A DNA stretch of 64,000 bases from positions 878 to 64,877 of the forward strand of contig CAZNXM010000006.1 of NCBI GenBank assembly GCA_964577145.1, written 5' to 3'. Below the pieces are notes generated by a model. It was not told the origin of the DNA. It searched no databases and was given only the letters and a program-made list of their open reading frames with translations. This document shows, one piece after another, positions 44,893 to 55,200 of this stretch. This DNA is from an uncultured Candidatus Poseidoniales archaeon. GTDB taxonomy: Archaea > Thermoplasmatota > Poseidoniia > Poseidoniales > Poseidoniaceae. The position numbers were made by a program, and so were the translations under genes. The stretch's first letter is position 1. The number at the start of each line of letters is the position of its first letter.

Positions 44893-47800
44893 CTACTGTT
44901 GCTGGAAATGCCCAGCATATTGCTGGGCATAAGCCCGCGCCGTTTCTTCTGGGTATCCCTGTGCGATTAACTGCTGCACATACTGTTCCATTGGGTCCAT
45001 TTGTGCGACTCCACCATATCCTGCTGCTGCTGTCGCATTGAAATCCTTAACAGTATCATCCTCATCACTTCCGCCTCTTAAGACGAAGAATAATGATAAT
45101 ATGACTACAAGAAGTAGACCAACACCAATCGATGCATACATAATCATGTCACTGTTATCGCCAGAAGTAGGATCTTCAGTCTTCGGTTCAGTAAAGGTAC
45201 CATCACCTGGATTGAATGTGTATTCTCCTTCCCACTCACAAGCATCATTTGCCCAAACCCAGCGTCCTTCAGGATCCTCTGCAAGAACCTCAACTGGAAC
45301 TTCCAAACCTTGGCATGCTGGTAGGTGAATAATGAGATACTTCTCTACAGGCCAGCGCTTGTCATCGCCTTCATAGATTAGCAAGTATATCTCCTGCGTA
45401 GAGGTTTCATTGGTGTATAGGTCAGAGATGGTTAGAGTAAGGTCAAATCCATCTTCATCACCAAGTTTGTCTGACTTTGCCCAACTTCCCTCGAGTTGCA
45501 TGTTATACTTTGCAACTGCAGACTGTTCGAATGCCTCTGAACTCAGTGCTGCTTCGACATAGACATCTCCTTGCTCAGCACCCGAAAGTACTGTTCCAGA
45601 GATAGTAATGGTATCAGAAGTGACTTGGCTACCATTGACTGATAGGTCGATTTGAACCACTGGTTCTTCATCCCCGAATCCTTCTGGTACTACTGAGAAA
45701 TACATACGGTATTTCTCGCTAGACTTTCCAGCCTTATCGAATACGACTAATTCGATACGGATTAGAGATTCTGTCTGTCCACTTGCGTCTACAGTTACAT
45801 TCTGGAAAGTGTATGCCCATGCACCATCAGAAGATGATGGCTTGGTGAATACGTGACCTTCGAGATCGAAGTTGTCATCGCCATATGGGGCATCAAAGAG
45901 TACTGTCCACTCATAGGTGTCGATTCCATTTCCATCTAAGGCATCTGCATCAGAGGATTCGGATGCATCGAAGTGGATGACAACCTCTCCATCCTCATCA
46001 AGGTGAATTCGGTTTACCGGCCAATCTGTGTCAGATACTGTCTTAGTACCACGGTTCTCAATTTGGTCTTGGTATTCTTCACGCATGTCGATAACAACAT
46101 CTGCAACTGGTCGGTGCTCATCAGCCCGCACATCGTCGGTCATGACAGTGACGGAAATTGAGCGCCCGTGTCCAGCAGCATCGTGTAAGTAAAGTGTGAT
46201 ATCCCAAGTTGCACCCTGAAGACATCCAGTTGCTGAAGATAGGTCGACCTTACAGAAAGTAGAGGTCGGGCTCATCTCATCGGTATGGTCGGTACCACTT
46301 GCCATTGAAGCTCCAAGCCAATCGGTTGGACCGCTGATTACCCAATCGGTCGAAAGTGGCTCAGATGTAGCGGTAGTGTATCCAAAGGTTACCTGTGAAT
46401 CACTCTTCATGTAATGGTAAGAATATCCACCAGTCGAAGGGTCGAGAGTTGGAACCTCTCCATTGATTGTGAGGTCTAGTCCGTTTCCTAGAGTACCAAA
46501 GCCCTGAGGGTATTGGCTAACCTGGTAAGATAGCATGTTACCCAATAATGGGAAAGTAGCACTGTCAGCACGCTCTGAAACTCCTGCAACATCGATTGTG
46601 GTGACAATCATTCCACCGTCAACATAACTGCATGTTGCAAGCACAGTATCCTGTGGCTCTGCTTCAGACTGAATAAGGCGCTGGAATCCACCGCCATTCT
46701 CTGAATATCCATTACATGCGGATGGGATAGAAGTTGCTGCAACACTCTTGGTGTTGAGTACTGCTTCTGTCACTGTTCCGTATTGGTCGAAGCCTTGGAA
46801 GGCTGCTAGGTCTACTCCGTCAAGAATTGGATGGTATGCATCTGCAACATCCATGTTGTTGTATGTAACACGGGTTTCAGGAGTGTTTCTAGGTTGTACA
46901 TCCATGTCGAATGGAAGTAGGCTAGATCCAGTACTGCTACTAAACTCGTAATAATCGGTAGATGTTCCAAGATGAACCTGTACAGTTCCACCTGAAGACA
47001 TGAAGTTCTTCAGAGTGGTCTTATGACTTGAGATACCCAACTTCTCGTAGTATCCCTTGCCTCCTGCATCAGAAGGTTTTGCGGTGTTGACATCTTGAAT
47101 TGGCATCAGAACCTTGTCATAATGAGTTAGCCATCCAGTCTCTAGATAATCATCCCAGTCGTTGATATCGAACTGAGTATAACTCATATCGAGGAGAACC
47201 AGATCCTCCTTGATTGACTGAGTACGCGATGTATCACCGGACAGTATTGCGACATCAACCATGTCAGCGAAGCCAGCATGGAAGAATCTCTCATTTCCAG
47301 ACATGTCACCATTTGGTAAGGTTGCATGATAGGTTATGTTGTATGTGTGGCCATCTTGCCAACCATTCCATGGTGTGAATGAGACCATGGTCCTCTCATG
47401 AGGCCCAAGGACCTGTGAGGGTCCAGCAGTCGTAGTATGAACTTGGCTACCATCTGCAAGGTCGTTGATGGTCATGTGGAAGGTGTAATCACCTTGTAAG
47501 ACACCATTGGTTGCAGAAAGTCCCCAATCATGGGTTAGTACGCTATCGATTGGTAGCACACAATCTAGAACCACATCGGAAAGACAAGAAATCTGGTCTG
47601 GCTTTCCAAGTGTAATATCTACGCTTTCAACCGAGAAGATAACTCGTGCTAGGTTATTTGCAACAGATATCTCTTGGTGGCCATACCATGAGGTTCCAGC
47701 AGTTGTATTATCGAAGAGTGTCTCGATTTCAATCTTGTAAACACCAGAAACGAAATCGTGGTCTGAAATTGCTATTGTTCGGTTTTCCTCTGCATCTAGG

Positions 47801-50800
47801 TCGATGACGGTGGATGAATAGGTCGCATCTTGGGTGAAGGTGAATTCTTCCAAGGAGATATTGTCGAATGCAATACCACGAACGCCATCATTCTGGCCAT
47901 TATGGCCATCATCGTTCGACTGGAATTCAAAGTTGAGGTCAACTGTTGAACCAGCTAGACTTAGGCACTCAGGACCCCAATTATTGGAATCTATGTCTGA
48001 GTTGTTAAACATGTATAGATGAGTTAAGTCGATACTACGTGACTTGACAAGACCATCGCTATTGTAGAAGATTTCCCAGTTTCCTGTTCCACCATTTACA
48101 TTGCGTGAATCACCGATTAAGTCTACTTCTATTCCATCAATCTGTGTTTCATTCTCGTCGATGAAACCATCACCGTTCTCATCGACTAAGCATGTTCCAT
48201 CCTCGTTGTAATCGTTCCATTGTCCCCAAAGAACTCCAGAGTAATCGGTTCCTCCTCGGTTCCAATCAGCGGTCAATGCAGCATAATCGCCAACATTGTA
48301 CGCATCTCCATCAGCATCAATTTCGAACCAAGTCTCAGCGAAGTATTCGAAGTTTAGCGCAACGAAGTCTCCAGACATATTGTTCAAATCAATATCGGGG
48401 ATTGTTAGGGTCTCATTCTCCCACACGTCACCGAAACTGTTCGGAGTATCACATGGGTTTCCAAACCAATAGGAGTGTGAGCCGAATAATACCTCGGGGC
48501 AGGTAGAATCGTCTACGATTCCGCCATTTCCATTATTGTCATCAGTGTAGCGGAATCCAGAAGATCCTCCCTCAAACATCTCATCGCAAACAACTAGTGG
48601 CGAGCCACAGTAGATGTCTGCAGGAAGTGCGCTGTAAACCGATGCTTCAACATCGAATGAAACATTGGTGTTTCCAAAGTGTTCGACTTGAACCTCGATT
48701 GGGAATATTCCCTCAGCGTATAGCCCACCAGGATTGAATGATTCGATTTCATTAACTCCAGGGTCAAAGATGTTGAATGCAGTGATGTATCCCACAATCT
48801 CATCATTTGCCGGCTGCTCATCCTGACCATAATTCAAGGTAGCTGAAATTCGGTAAGTGGTTCCGTTGACGAAGTCAGCAGTAATCGAAGATGTGTATTC
48901 ATCATTTGGTGCGAGGTTGTTCATGTTGATGTTGGACTGCTTGGTCTGTACATTGCTTGTGAATGCAGTATTTTGCTTCCAAATTGAAATGTTATCGAGA
49001 GCGAAACCATCTCGACCTGTCCAACGAGATTCTTCATCATTGGAGTTAGATCCTTCCCAACCCGACTTGAAGCGGAAACGAATATCGACAGTCTTGCCTG
49101 CGAAAGTGGAGAGGTCGAATGCACCAAGGTCATCCTCAGTGAAGTTGCCCCATCCATAGTTGGTTCCTGCTGAATAGACACCATAGTAGGAAATCGATTC
49201 AGCATATCCACCCTGTTGAAGATTGAATACTCGGTCAGCATCATATCCGCCCCATATACTCTCTCCAGAAGCGCATTGTCCAGAGAAGTACGCTTCATTT
49301 GGACAGCCAATGGTAACCCAACCATAGTCTTCATCGAAAACCTCGATGATTGCCATGTCATCCCAAATGTCTGCAAGGATATATTGTCCAGATTGGTCCT
49401 GTATGAATGTAGATGCATATCCAAGATGACGGAAAATCTCCATACTCATCCAAGCACGGTCAGCGCCGGTTAAATCTACATCTTCTAGAATCATTGCTTC
49501 ATCCCAATTTGCACCATAACCAGACCATTCCGAGCCAGAACTATTTGTTTCATAGGTTCCAGACCACATGTAATCAGTTGGATTATTGGTATTAGCATTC
49601 TGTGCTGGCGCGTTATTACCTGATGTGTGGCCAGTTGTATGATTGGTCTCTTCCATCCAGTGATGGTTGCCAAAGTAGGATTCGTATGTCCAGGTACATC
49701 CAGAGGTGCAACCTGTCTTGACCTCAGAATTATCCCAGTCCATCTCATAGACTGTGACATTGGTTGAAGCTGCTTCATCGACTTCCTTGATCTCAACATC
49801 GAGAGTCGCTTGACCGTTCAGAATATCCATTCCAGTATTCTTCACTGTTACCTCAACATCCCTGTTACCTTCTCCTAAAGCACCGACATATGCATCGGTT
49901 GGAGAAATATCGATACTAGAAACTGCAAGGTCCTTGTTGTCCATTTCGACTACGACAATTCGGTCATAAGAACCGTCCCATCCCCAATTGTCATCCCAAG
50001 TGGTCTGATCGTATGCACCATGTCCTACGACAATATCTGGAGCACTATTTGGCCCACCGATAACCTGTCCTATTACTGCAGTTGTTGGACGCATTGCACC
50101 AAAGTATGCCAATGGGCTCATGTGTCCACCTCCACCATTGGATAAGGTGACCTGAACACTTGTTGGCAAGTTAAGGTAGAAATTGCTTGTAGAGTCGCCT
50201 GTAGACGAAGTTGAGTTCGACTGCTTGAACTTAGCAGCGTGGATGAAATCTGGCTCACCATCACCATTGAGTTCAGCAATTGTTACTTCCCATGCGATAT
50301 ATGGGCCAAAGTACACTGTCTTCGAAGCACTATAGGTATGAGTTGCTTGATTGATTGTAGCATAAGTTACATTCTCGGTATTGCCGTCATTGATAGCGAC
50401 TACGTCGATGATTCCATCATTGTTCATGTCGCCAATGTCCATTCCGCCAAATTCAGGGCCTACTGCGTGGACGTGCATGCCGCTACCACCTGTTGAACTC
50501 CATGTCACTGCTGTAGGGAATCCTTGGGCTGGATTAAGACAATCATATTCGATGACTGTCATGTTATCGGACTTTCCTGGATTTGTTGCTGCTCCAGTTA
50601 GGTAATCCACTCCTTCAGAGCGAACTAACCAGAGATCTACATCGTCACAATTTCCGTTAACTGGATGAGTTTGACTCGTCTCTCCCCAATCACCTAATTC
50701 TAATTCACGATAGGAATTTTGAGTAGAGTCTCCTAGGCTGGTAAGTTGACCATTTGTGGAAGAAGTAATTGGTCCCATATAGGTGACTACTCGCTGATTC

Positions 50801-51393
50801 TTAAGGTCAGCAAGTAACTCAAGAGTGACGATGTCATCATTACCATCCTCATCCAAATCCGCTACTGCCAGGTCCCACATCCAGACAACATCGAAGCGCT
50901 CTCCGACTGTGAATGTATCAACACTGCAACCATCGTTCTCGATGATTGTTACGTTACCAGGTTTGTCAACGACTATCGCTCCACTAGAATCTCGCTTTAG
51001 TGGTTGGTTGCGTGCATAGATAACTATGTCAATAGCGCTGTCACCAGTGAATTCTCCAACTTCTACTTGTTGAGTGTTAGAATGATCTTCGAAGTTTGCA
51101 TTCATACTGGTATTTGCTGAAGTCCAAATATCTGACCTGCGCTGGAATTGGCCATTGTCATTCCAAAGAACTGAAATTTTCAAGCTCTGGTCATTCGCAG
51201 AAACGATATCTAGGTCGCCATCACAATCGAAATCTCCCAACGCTACATCGACAGGATCTGTACCTGTAGAATATTGCCGGGAAGTAGAAGCCGAAGCCAT
51301 ATTCGCAGCAGTTGTCGAAAGCAACATCAGAAGGGCAAGTAGAACCGCTCTATTGCGGCCACCATCATTCAAGGTCTTCCAAAGCATCATCAT
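44893..51393 (-). CDS. Giant (about 2166 aa) secreted surface/adhesin-like protein with FG-GAP/integrin-alpha-like repeats, C-terminal TM anchor and a Q/Y-rich cytoplasmic tail
   Basis: Signal peptide. Repeated DxDxDG Ca-binding loops (DFDCDGDLDIVSAND, GDMNNDGIIDVVAINDG, LNGDGEPDFIHAA). TM helix IMYASIGVGLLLVVILSLFFVL, then a tail of about 55 aa. The track start at 51396 is GTG; the first ATG is at 51393. Confidence 0.7.
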   Translation of the reverse strand: MMMLWKTLNDGGRNRAVLLALLMLLSTTAANMASASTSRQYSTGTDPVDVALGDFDCDGDLDIVSANDQSLKISVLWNDNGQFQRRSDIWTSANTSMNANFEDHSNTQQVEVGEFTGDSAIDIVIYARNQPLKRDSSGAIVVDKPGNVTIIENDGCSVDTFTVGERFDVVWMWDLAVADLDEDGNDDIVTLELLADLKNQRVVTYMGPITSSTNGQLTSLGDSTQNSYRELELGDWGETSQTHPVNGNCDDVDLWLVRSEGVDYLTGAATNPGKSDNMTVIEYDCLNPAQGFPTAVTWSSTGGSGMHVHAVGPEFGGMDIGDMNNDGIIDVVAINDGNTENVTYATINQATHTYSASKTVYFGPYIAWEVTIAELNGDGEPDFIHAAKFKQSNSTSSTGDSTSNFYLNLPTSVQVTLSNGGGGHMSPLAYFGAMRPTTAVIGQVIGGPNSAPDIVVGHGAYDQTTWDDNWGWDGSYDRIVVVEMDNKDLAVSSIDISPTDAYVGALGEGNRDVEVTVKNTGMDILNGQATLDVEIKEVDEAASTNVTVYEMDWDNSEVKTGCTSGCTWTYESYFGNHHWMEETNHTTGHTSGNNAPAQNANTNNPTDYMWSGTYETNSSGSEWSGYGANWDEAMILEDVDLTGADRAWMSMEIFRHLGYASTFIQDQSGQYILADIWDDMAIIEVFDEDYGWVTIGCPNEAYFSGQCASGESIWGGYDADRVFNLQQGGYAESISYYGVYSAGTNYGWGNFTEDDLGAFDLSTFAGKTVDIRFRFKSGWEGSNSNDEESRWTGRDGFALDNISIWKQNTAFTSNVQTKQSNINMNNLAPNDEYTSSITADFVNGTTYRISATLNYGQDEQPANDEIVGYITAFNIFDPGVNEIESFNPGGLYAEGIFPIEVQVEHFGNTNVSFDVEASVYSALPADIYCGSPLVVCDEMFEGGSSGFRYTDDNNGNGGIVDDSTCPEVLFGSHSYWFGNPCDTPNSFGDVWENETLTIPDIDLNNMSGDFVALNFEYFAETWFEIDADGDAYNVGDYAALTADWNRGGTDYSGVLWGQWNDYNEDGTCLVDENGDGFIDENETQIDGIEVDLIGDSRNVNGGTGNWEIFYNSDGLVKSRSIDLTHLYMFNNSDIDSNNWGPECLSLAGSTVDLNFEFQSNDDGHNGQNDGVRGIAFDNISLEEFTFTQDATYSSTVIDLDAEENRTIAISDHDFVSGVYKIEIETLFDNTTAGTSWYGHQEISVANNLARVIFSVESVDITLGKPDQISCLSDVVLDCVLPIDSVLTHDWGLSATNGVLQGDYTFHMTINDLADGSQVHTTTAGPSQVLGPHERTMVSFTPWNGWQDGHTYNITYHATLPNGDMSGNERFFHAGFADMVDVAILSGDTSRTQSIKEDLVLLDMSYTQFDINDWDDYLETGWLTHYDKVLMPIQDVNTAKPSDAGGKGYYEKLGISSHKTTLKNFMSSGGTVQVHLGTSTDYYEFSSSTGSSLLPFDMDVQPRNTPETRVTYNNMDVADAYHPILDGVDLAAFQGFDQYGTVTEAVLNTKSVAATSIPSACNGYSENGGGFQRLIQSEAEPQDTVLATCSYVDGGMIVTTIDVAGVSERADSATFPLLGNMLSYQVSQYPQGFGTLGNGLDLTINGEVPTLDPSTGGYSYHYMKSDSQVTFGYTTATSEPLSTDWVISGPTDWLGASMASGTDHTDEMSPTSTFCKVDLSSATGCLQGATWDITLYLHDAAGHGRSISVTVMTDDVRADEHRPVADVVIDMREEYQDQIENRGTKTVSDTDWPVNRIHLDEDGEVVIHFDASESSDADALDGNGIDTYEWTVLFDAPYGDDNFDLEGHVFTKPSSSDGAWAYTFQNVTVDASGQTESLIRIELVVFDKAGKSSEKYRMYFSVVPEGFGDEEPVVQIDLSVNGSQVTSDTITISGTVLSGAEQGDVYVEAALSSEAFEQSAVAKYNMQLEGSWAKSDKLGDEDGFDLTLTISDLYTNETSTQEIYLLIYEGDDKRWPVEKYLIIHLPACQGLEVPVEVLAEDPEGRWVWANDACEWEGEYTFNPGDGTFTEPKTEDPTSGDNSDMIMYASIGVGLLLVVILSLFFVLRGGSDEDDTVKDFNATAAAGYGGVAQMDPMEQYVQQLIAQGYPEETARAYAQQYAGHFQQQ

Positions 51394-51446
51394 CACTCAT
51401 TTCGCCGACTTCCCCCTCCACTTTAATCCCTTTGGGGTACTGTCTC

Positions 51447-51458
51447 TCGCAATTGCGA
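51447..51458. promoter_or_regulatory. Perfect 12-bp palindrome TCGCAATTGCGA about 55-65 nt upstream of the giant surface-protein gene start, next to an AT-rich (CATATTT) element
   Basis: Read directly; a related ATTGCGCAAT lies at 56348-56357 upstream of the second giant gene. Confidence 0.4.
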
Positions 51459-51514
51459 AATATGGGCTCGCAGTGCAACGAATAAATGAAAAGGCCGTGA
51501 ACCCAAGGAATCAC

Positions 51515-52192
51515 TTACAATGTACGTGAAAGCCATCCCGGAGAGGGGCCCCAACCAGTCTCATCGCCACCATGAACCTTGACGAGTTTTCCTCCTCTAA
51601 ACAAACTCTCTAACCAGAGTTCTAGTTCCAAATCTTCTCTATCGCCGAGAAGGTCGGTAGCTGCAAGTTCAATATTCTCGGTAGAAATAGCAGTAATTCC
51701 ATAGGTTCGAACTACAATTCTGAGAAGTTCCTTTAGCCAAGCCTCAGCCATTGGGTCTGTGGACATCGGATCCTTTGTTGGAAATGGCTTCTCGAGTTCA
51801 TCTAATTCATCACGGAGGTCTTCAGGAGTAGGCCGTTCTGGCCTCTCAAGTCCAACCTCATCTAGCTTAGCGGCGAGGTCTAGTTGACCAATTGGGCGTC
51901 GAACGATTGGGATTCTAGATGGATCTGGTTCCGGGCCCATATCTTTTGGCTTACCAGATATTTCGATTGAGGAATCATCGGAAAGTCCAGATGATGACAA
52001 ATTGACGCTATCAACCGCCAAAGGCATCATCCAACCGACCCCATCGAGGCCGAGTTCTTTCACAAGACTGCGTACCCAGTCCGCTTCGCCCTCAAATAGA
52101 ACATCTACGTCCTCTTCGGCGGAACGAAAGCGATAACGGACATATCCGCGCAGTTCGTGCATAATTCGACCCCATAGGTCAAGGGAAATCAA
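51515..52192 (-). CDS. Acidic cytoplasmic hypothetical protein between the two giant surface-protein genes
   Basis: 225-aa ORF; no TM helix or signal peptide; no recognised motif. Confidence 0.45.
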   Translation of the reverse strand: MISLDLWGRIMHELRGYVRYRFRSAEEDVDVLFEGEADWVRSLVKELGLDGVGWMMPLAVDSVNLSSSGLSDDSSIEISGKPKDMGPEPDPSRIPIVRRPIGQLDLAAKLDEVGLERPERPTPEDLRDELDELEKPFPTKDPMSTDPMAEAWLKELLRIVVRTYGITAISTENIELAATDLLGDREDLELELWLESLFRGGKLVKVHGGDETGWGPSPGWLSRTL

Positions 52193-52201
52193 ACCACCGG
52201 T

Positions 52202-55200
52202 TCAGACCCTTTCGAATTTACCGTCGGGATGTTGCCACCACCAAACGCCATCAAGCGTTTCATACCATGTGCCATCATCCCTCTGATGATACTGACCGCC
52301 ACCAGGTAATTCCTCCCAAGAGCCTAGTATTTGTGGAGCGTCACCGATTGGCTCCACCACTTCCTCAACTGTAGCAATTGAGTCTACAGGTGCTGGTTCA
52401 GCAATTTCCATTGGGTCAATTGCTGGCATTTGCTCGGTTTCAACCGATGGTAACGAAAAGTCAACTTCTTCTTTGTCAAAAATTTCTTCTTCTCTATTAC
52501 GGAATACAAAGAAGAGGGACCCGGCAATAATTAGGACCACAGCACCTAGGATGCTAAGGGTAAGTGGAGTGATGATTGATTTTGATCCATCATCGATTGG
52601 GTCCTCATTATCGCTTGGCTCAGGCTCAGGCTCCGGCTCTGGTTCGGGTTCAGCAATTGTGAAGTTATGTGTTCCCTCTTTGAGAGTGAGCCAATAACCT
52701 CCTCTATCCTGAGATTCTAGTCGCCAATCAAGAACATATTCTCCAACATCCATTCCATCCTTAATCGTACATGAGATTTCATCGGTTGCTTGTGAATCCA
52801 CGATTATCTCATTGCAATCGAAATTCGCTGAGGGTTTCGAACTAATGATTCGTACTGTAGTTGGATAATCTCCTGCATTGGTCACCGAACAGTTGGCATC
52901 GCTACAGAATGCAATGAGCTCAATATTCCACCAAGGCGTTGCATCAACGTCTTGCGAATAATTCTCACATTCATTTGTGCTACATATTTCAAGCGTGACA
53001 TTATGCGAAGAATTACTCAAATTCGATAGCGATAAGAGTTCAGAAAGAGTACCATCCACTATGGGAACTACTAGCCAGACTTCATCATCTACTATCCAAT
53101 TTAGAGTCCCTTCGCCGGTTCTAAATATTACATCACCAGATAATATGACACTCTCTCCATCAACTATCAAGGATACATTTGTGGAATTTATTACAGGAAG
53201 TGGCACTGGGATATCAACCAAATCGATTGTGGTATCGACCTCATTAGCAAAATTATCTCTCACATGTATTTTAGCGGTATATGCGCCCGGAGATAGAACG
53301 TTTTTGTCCAGTATTGTGTAACCAATTCCATTGCTGGTTTGCTCAATGATTTCAGTTCCAATATTCTCACCATTAGGCCCGAAAATGATTGCCCAAACAC
53401 TTACCGTATCTCCTGCTTCTATTTCCCACTGGACATCTATTCTGACCTCGTCGATAGTCTCGGTTGATGTTGCTGAAAGTATTACTGGAGGGACTCCATC
53501 TCTAAGATAGAAACTTGCATCATTGCCGTTATGTAATCCATCTTCATCGGCCTCTCCGCCATTTGGCTCCTCGGCAAAGACCTCTACATCCCATGAACCG
53601 AGGTCCGCAAATTCAGGTTCCCACACTACAGAATATACGGAATCGGATGAATTCCATACCATCTGAAGAGTCTGCGTTGAAGATTCTGAGTCCAGTTCTA
53701 TTTCGACATTGAGATCGCTTCTATCATTAGCATCCTTGACTAAGAAACGAAGATTATCTGGAGTGCTGAAACTACCATTATTTGCTGGTTCGCCATCAAC
53801 AGTCATTATCGCAAGTTGACTTACCGAAGGTAAGGCTGGTAATACCGTAATCGAATCCGCATTTAACTGAGTTACTGAGTTGCCATTTGCATCGGATAAC
53901 TCTACGCTAATCCACAGAGAATGTTCGGTACTTGCATCCAATTGGTAAGTTGGAACACTCCCCCAATATCCCTGTATTTGCGAGTTCCAAGCTAATGGAA
54001 TACTCGTAATATTCACGAGTTCAGTTGCAGCAGATACTGAAGATGAATGTGCCCACATTTCCCCTTGCAAGTCATCATCTGCAAGATTATCACGTACGAT
54101 TACTACGATAGTTTCTCCATTTCTAGCATCAGCATCGTCCACTCCATCGACCTTATGTGAGACCGATTGGATTTGAGGTTCGATATCATCAATCCATACG
54201 ATGTTCAAATTTTTGAGTTCCAATGTTTGATTCCACATCTCACCTTCTGGGTCCCCTTTGACATCAATAGAATATTCATCGAGACATGCTTCTGTAGCAG
54301 CGTACCATGAACCACACTGTGAAATTGCATGAGTTTCCATTGCCGATGAAAATTCAAGGCTGCCAACAATAGTGTGATGGAAACTGGCATTTGTAATGTT
54401 AAATGCGGAAGGATTTGACAAAGTCAAACTAAAGTTAGAAACCGCCCAATCAATACCTTCAGAGGTTGAATTGTAAACTGTTGGCCATTCGTTTTGAATC
54501 ACACTCATTGGGATAATTAGGTCAATTCCCCCAGCAACAACATCTGCTGAGGACCACGAAATTGTGTATCCACTATCGAATGTACCTGTGACATTTCCAG
54601 TGAATCCTGGCTCCACATCCATCCACATTGAAAAATCAGTGACCGCTGTTCCGTTTAATGGAACATCTATCCACAAATCAGCTCCTGTTGCCGTTGGCGA
54701 AGAACCACCTTCCTCGAGCCAACCAATAGGCATTTGATGTACGAGAGGATCTAGAATGGTTTGACCTTCTAACTCGATACTGAGATTCTCCATGTGTTCA
54801 ATATTCGTTGAACCCGGCACAATAGCGGTTAGAATTGGAGATGCTCCAGCACTCGACCTCTCAAACTCATATAGTAAACTGATATTAGAAAATCGTGGTA
54901 ATTCCTGATGGGAAAGATTGCCATCTAACCACCCAGACCAGTCTATTCCATTCATTGTGTAATTATATTTCATGTCCAATACTGCGCCTGCTGGAACCGA
55001 CGCAGTTGTATTCAACCATGCCCTTTCCACAATTTCGTCATCCCCTAATCCTGGGATTAAGAAACTGCCATTATACGCAGTAGTATTACCACTAGAAACA
55101 AATCCAGTGAAAGTAGAATATGAGGTATTTCCTACAACACTATTTGACCCTGCAATCCCATCTGAACCAGTTCCCAGTTTCAGACCATAGTCGCCACCAG

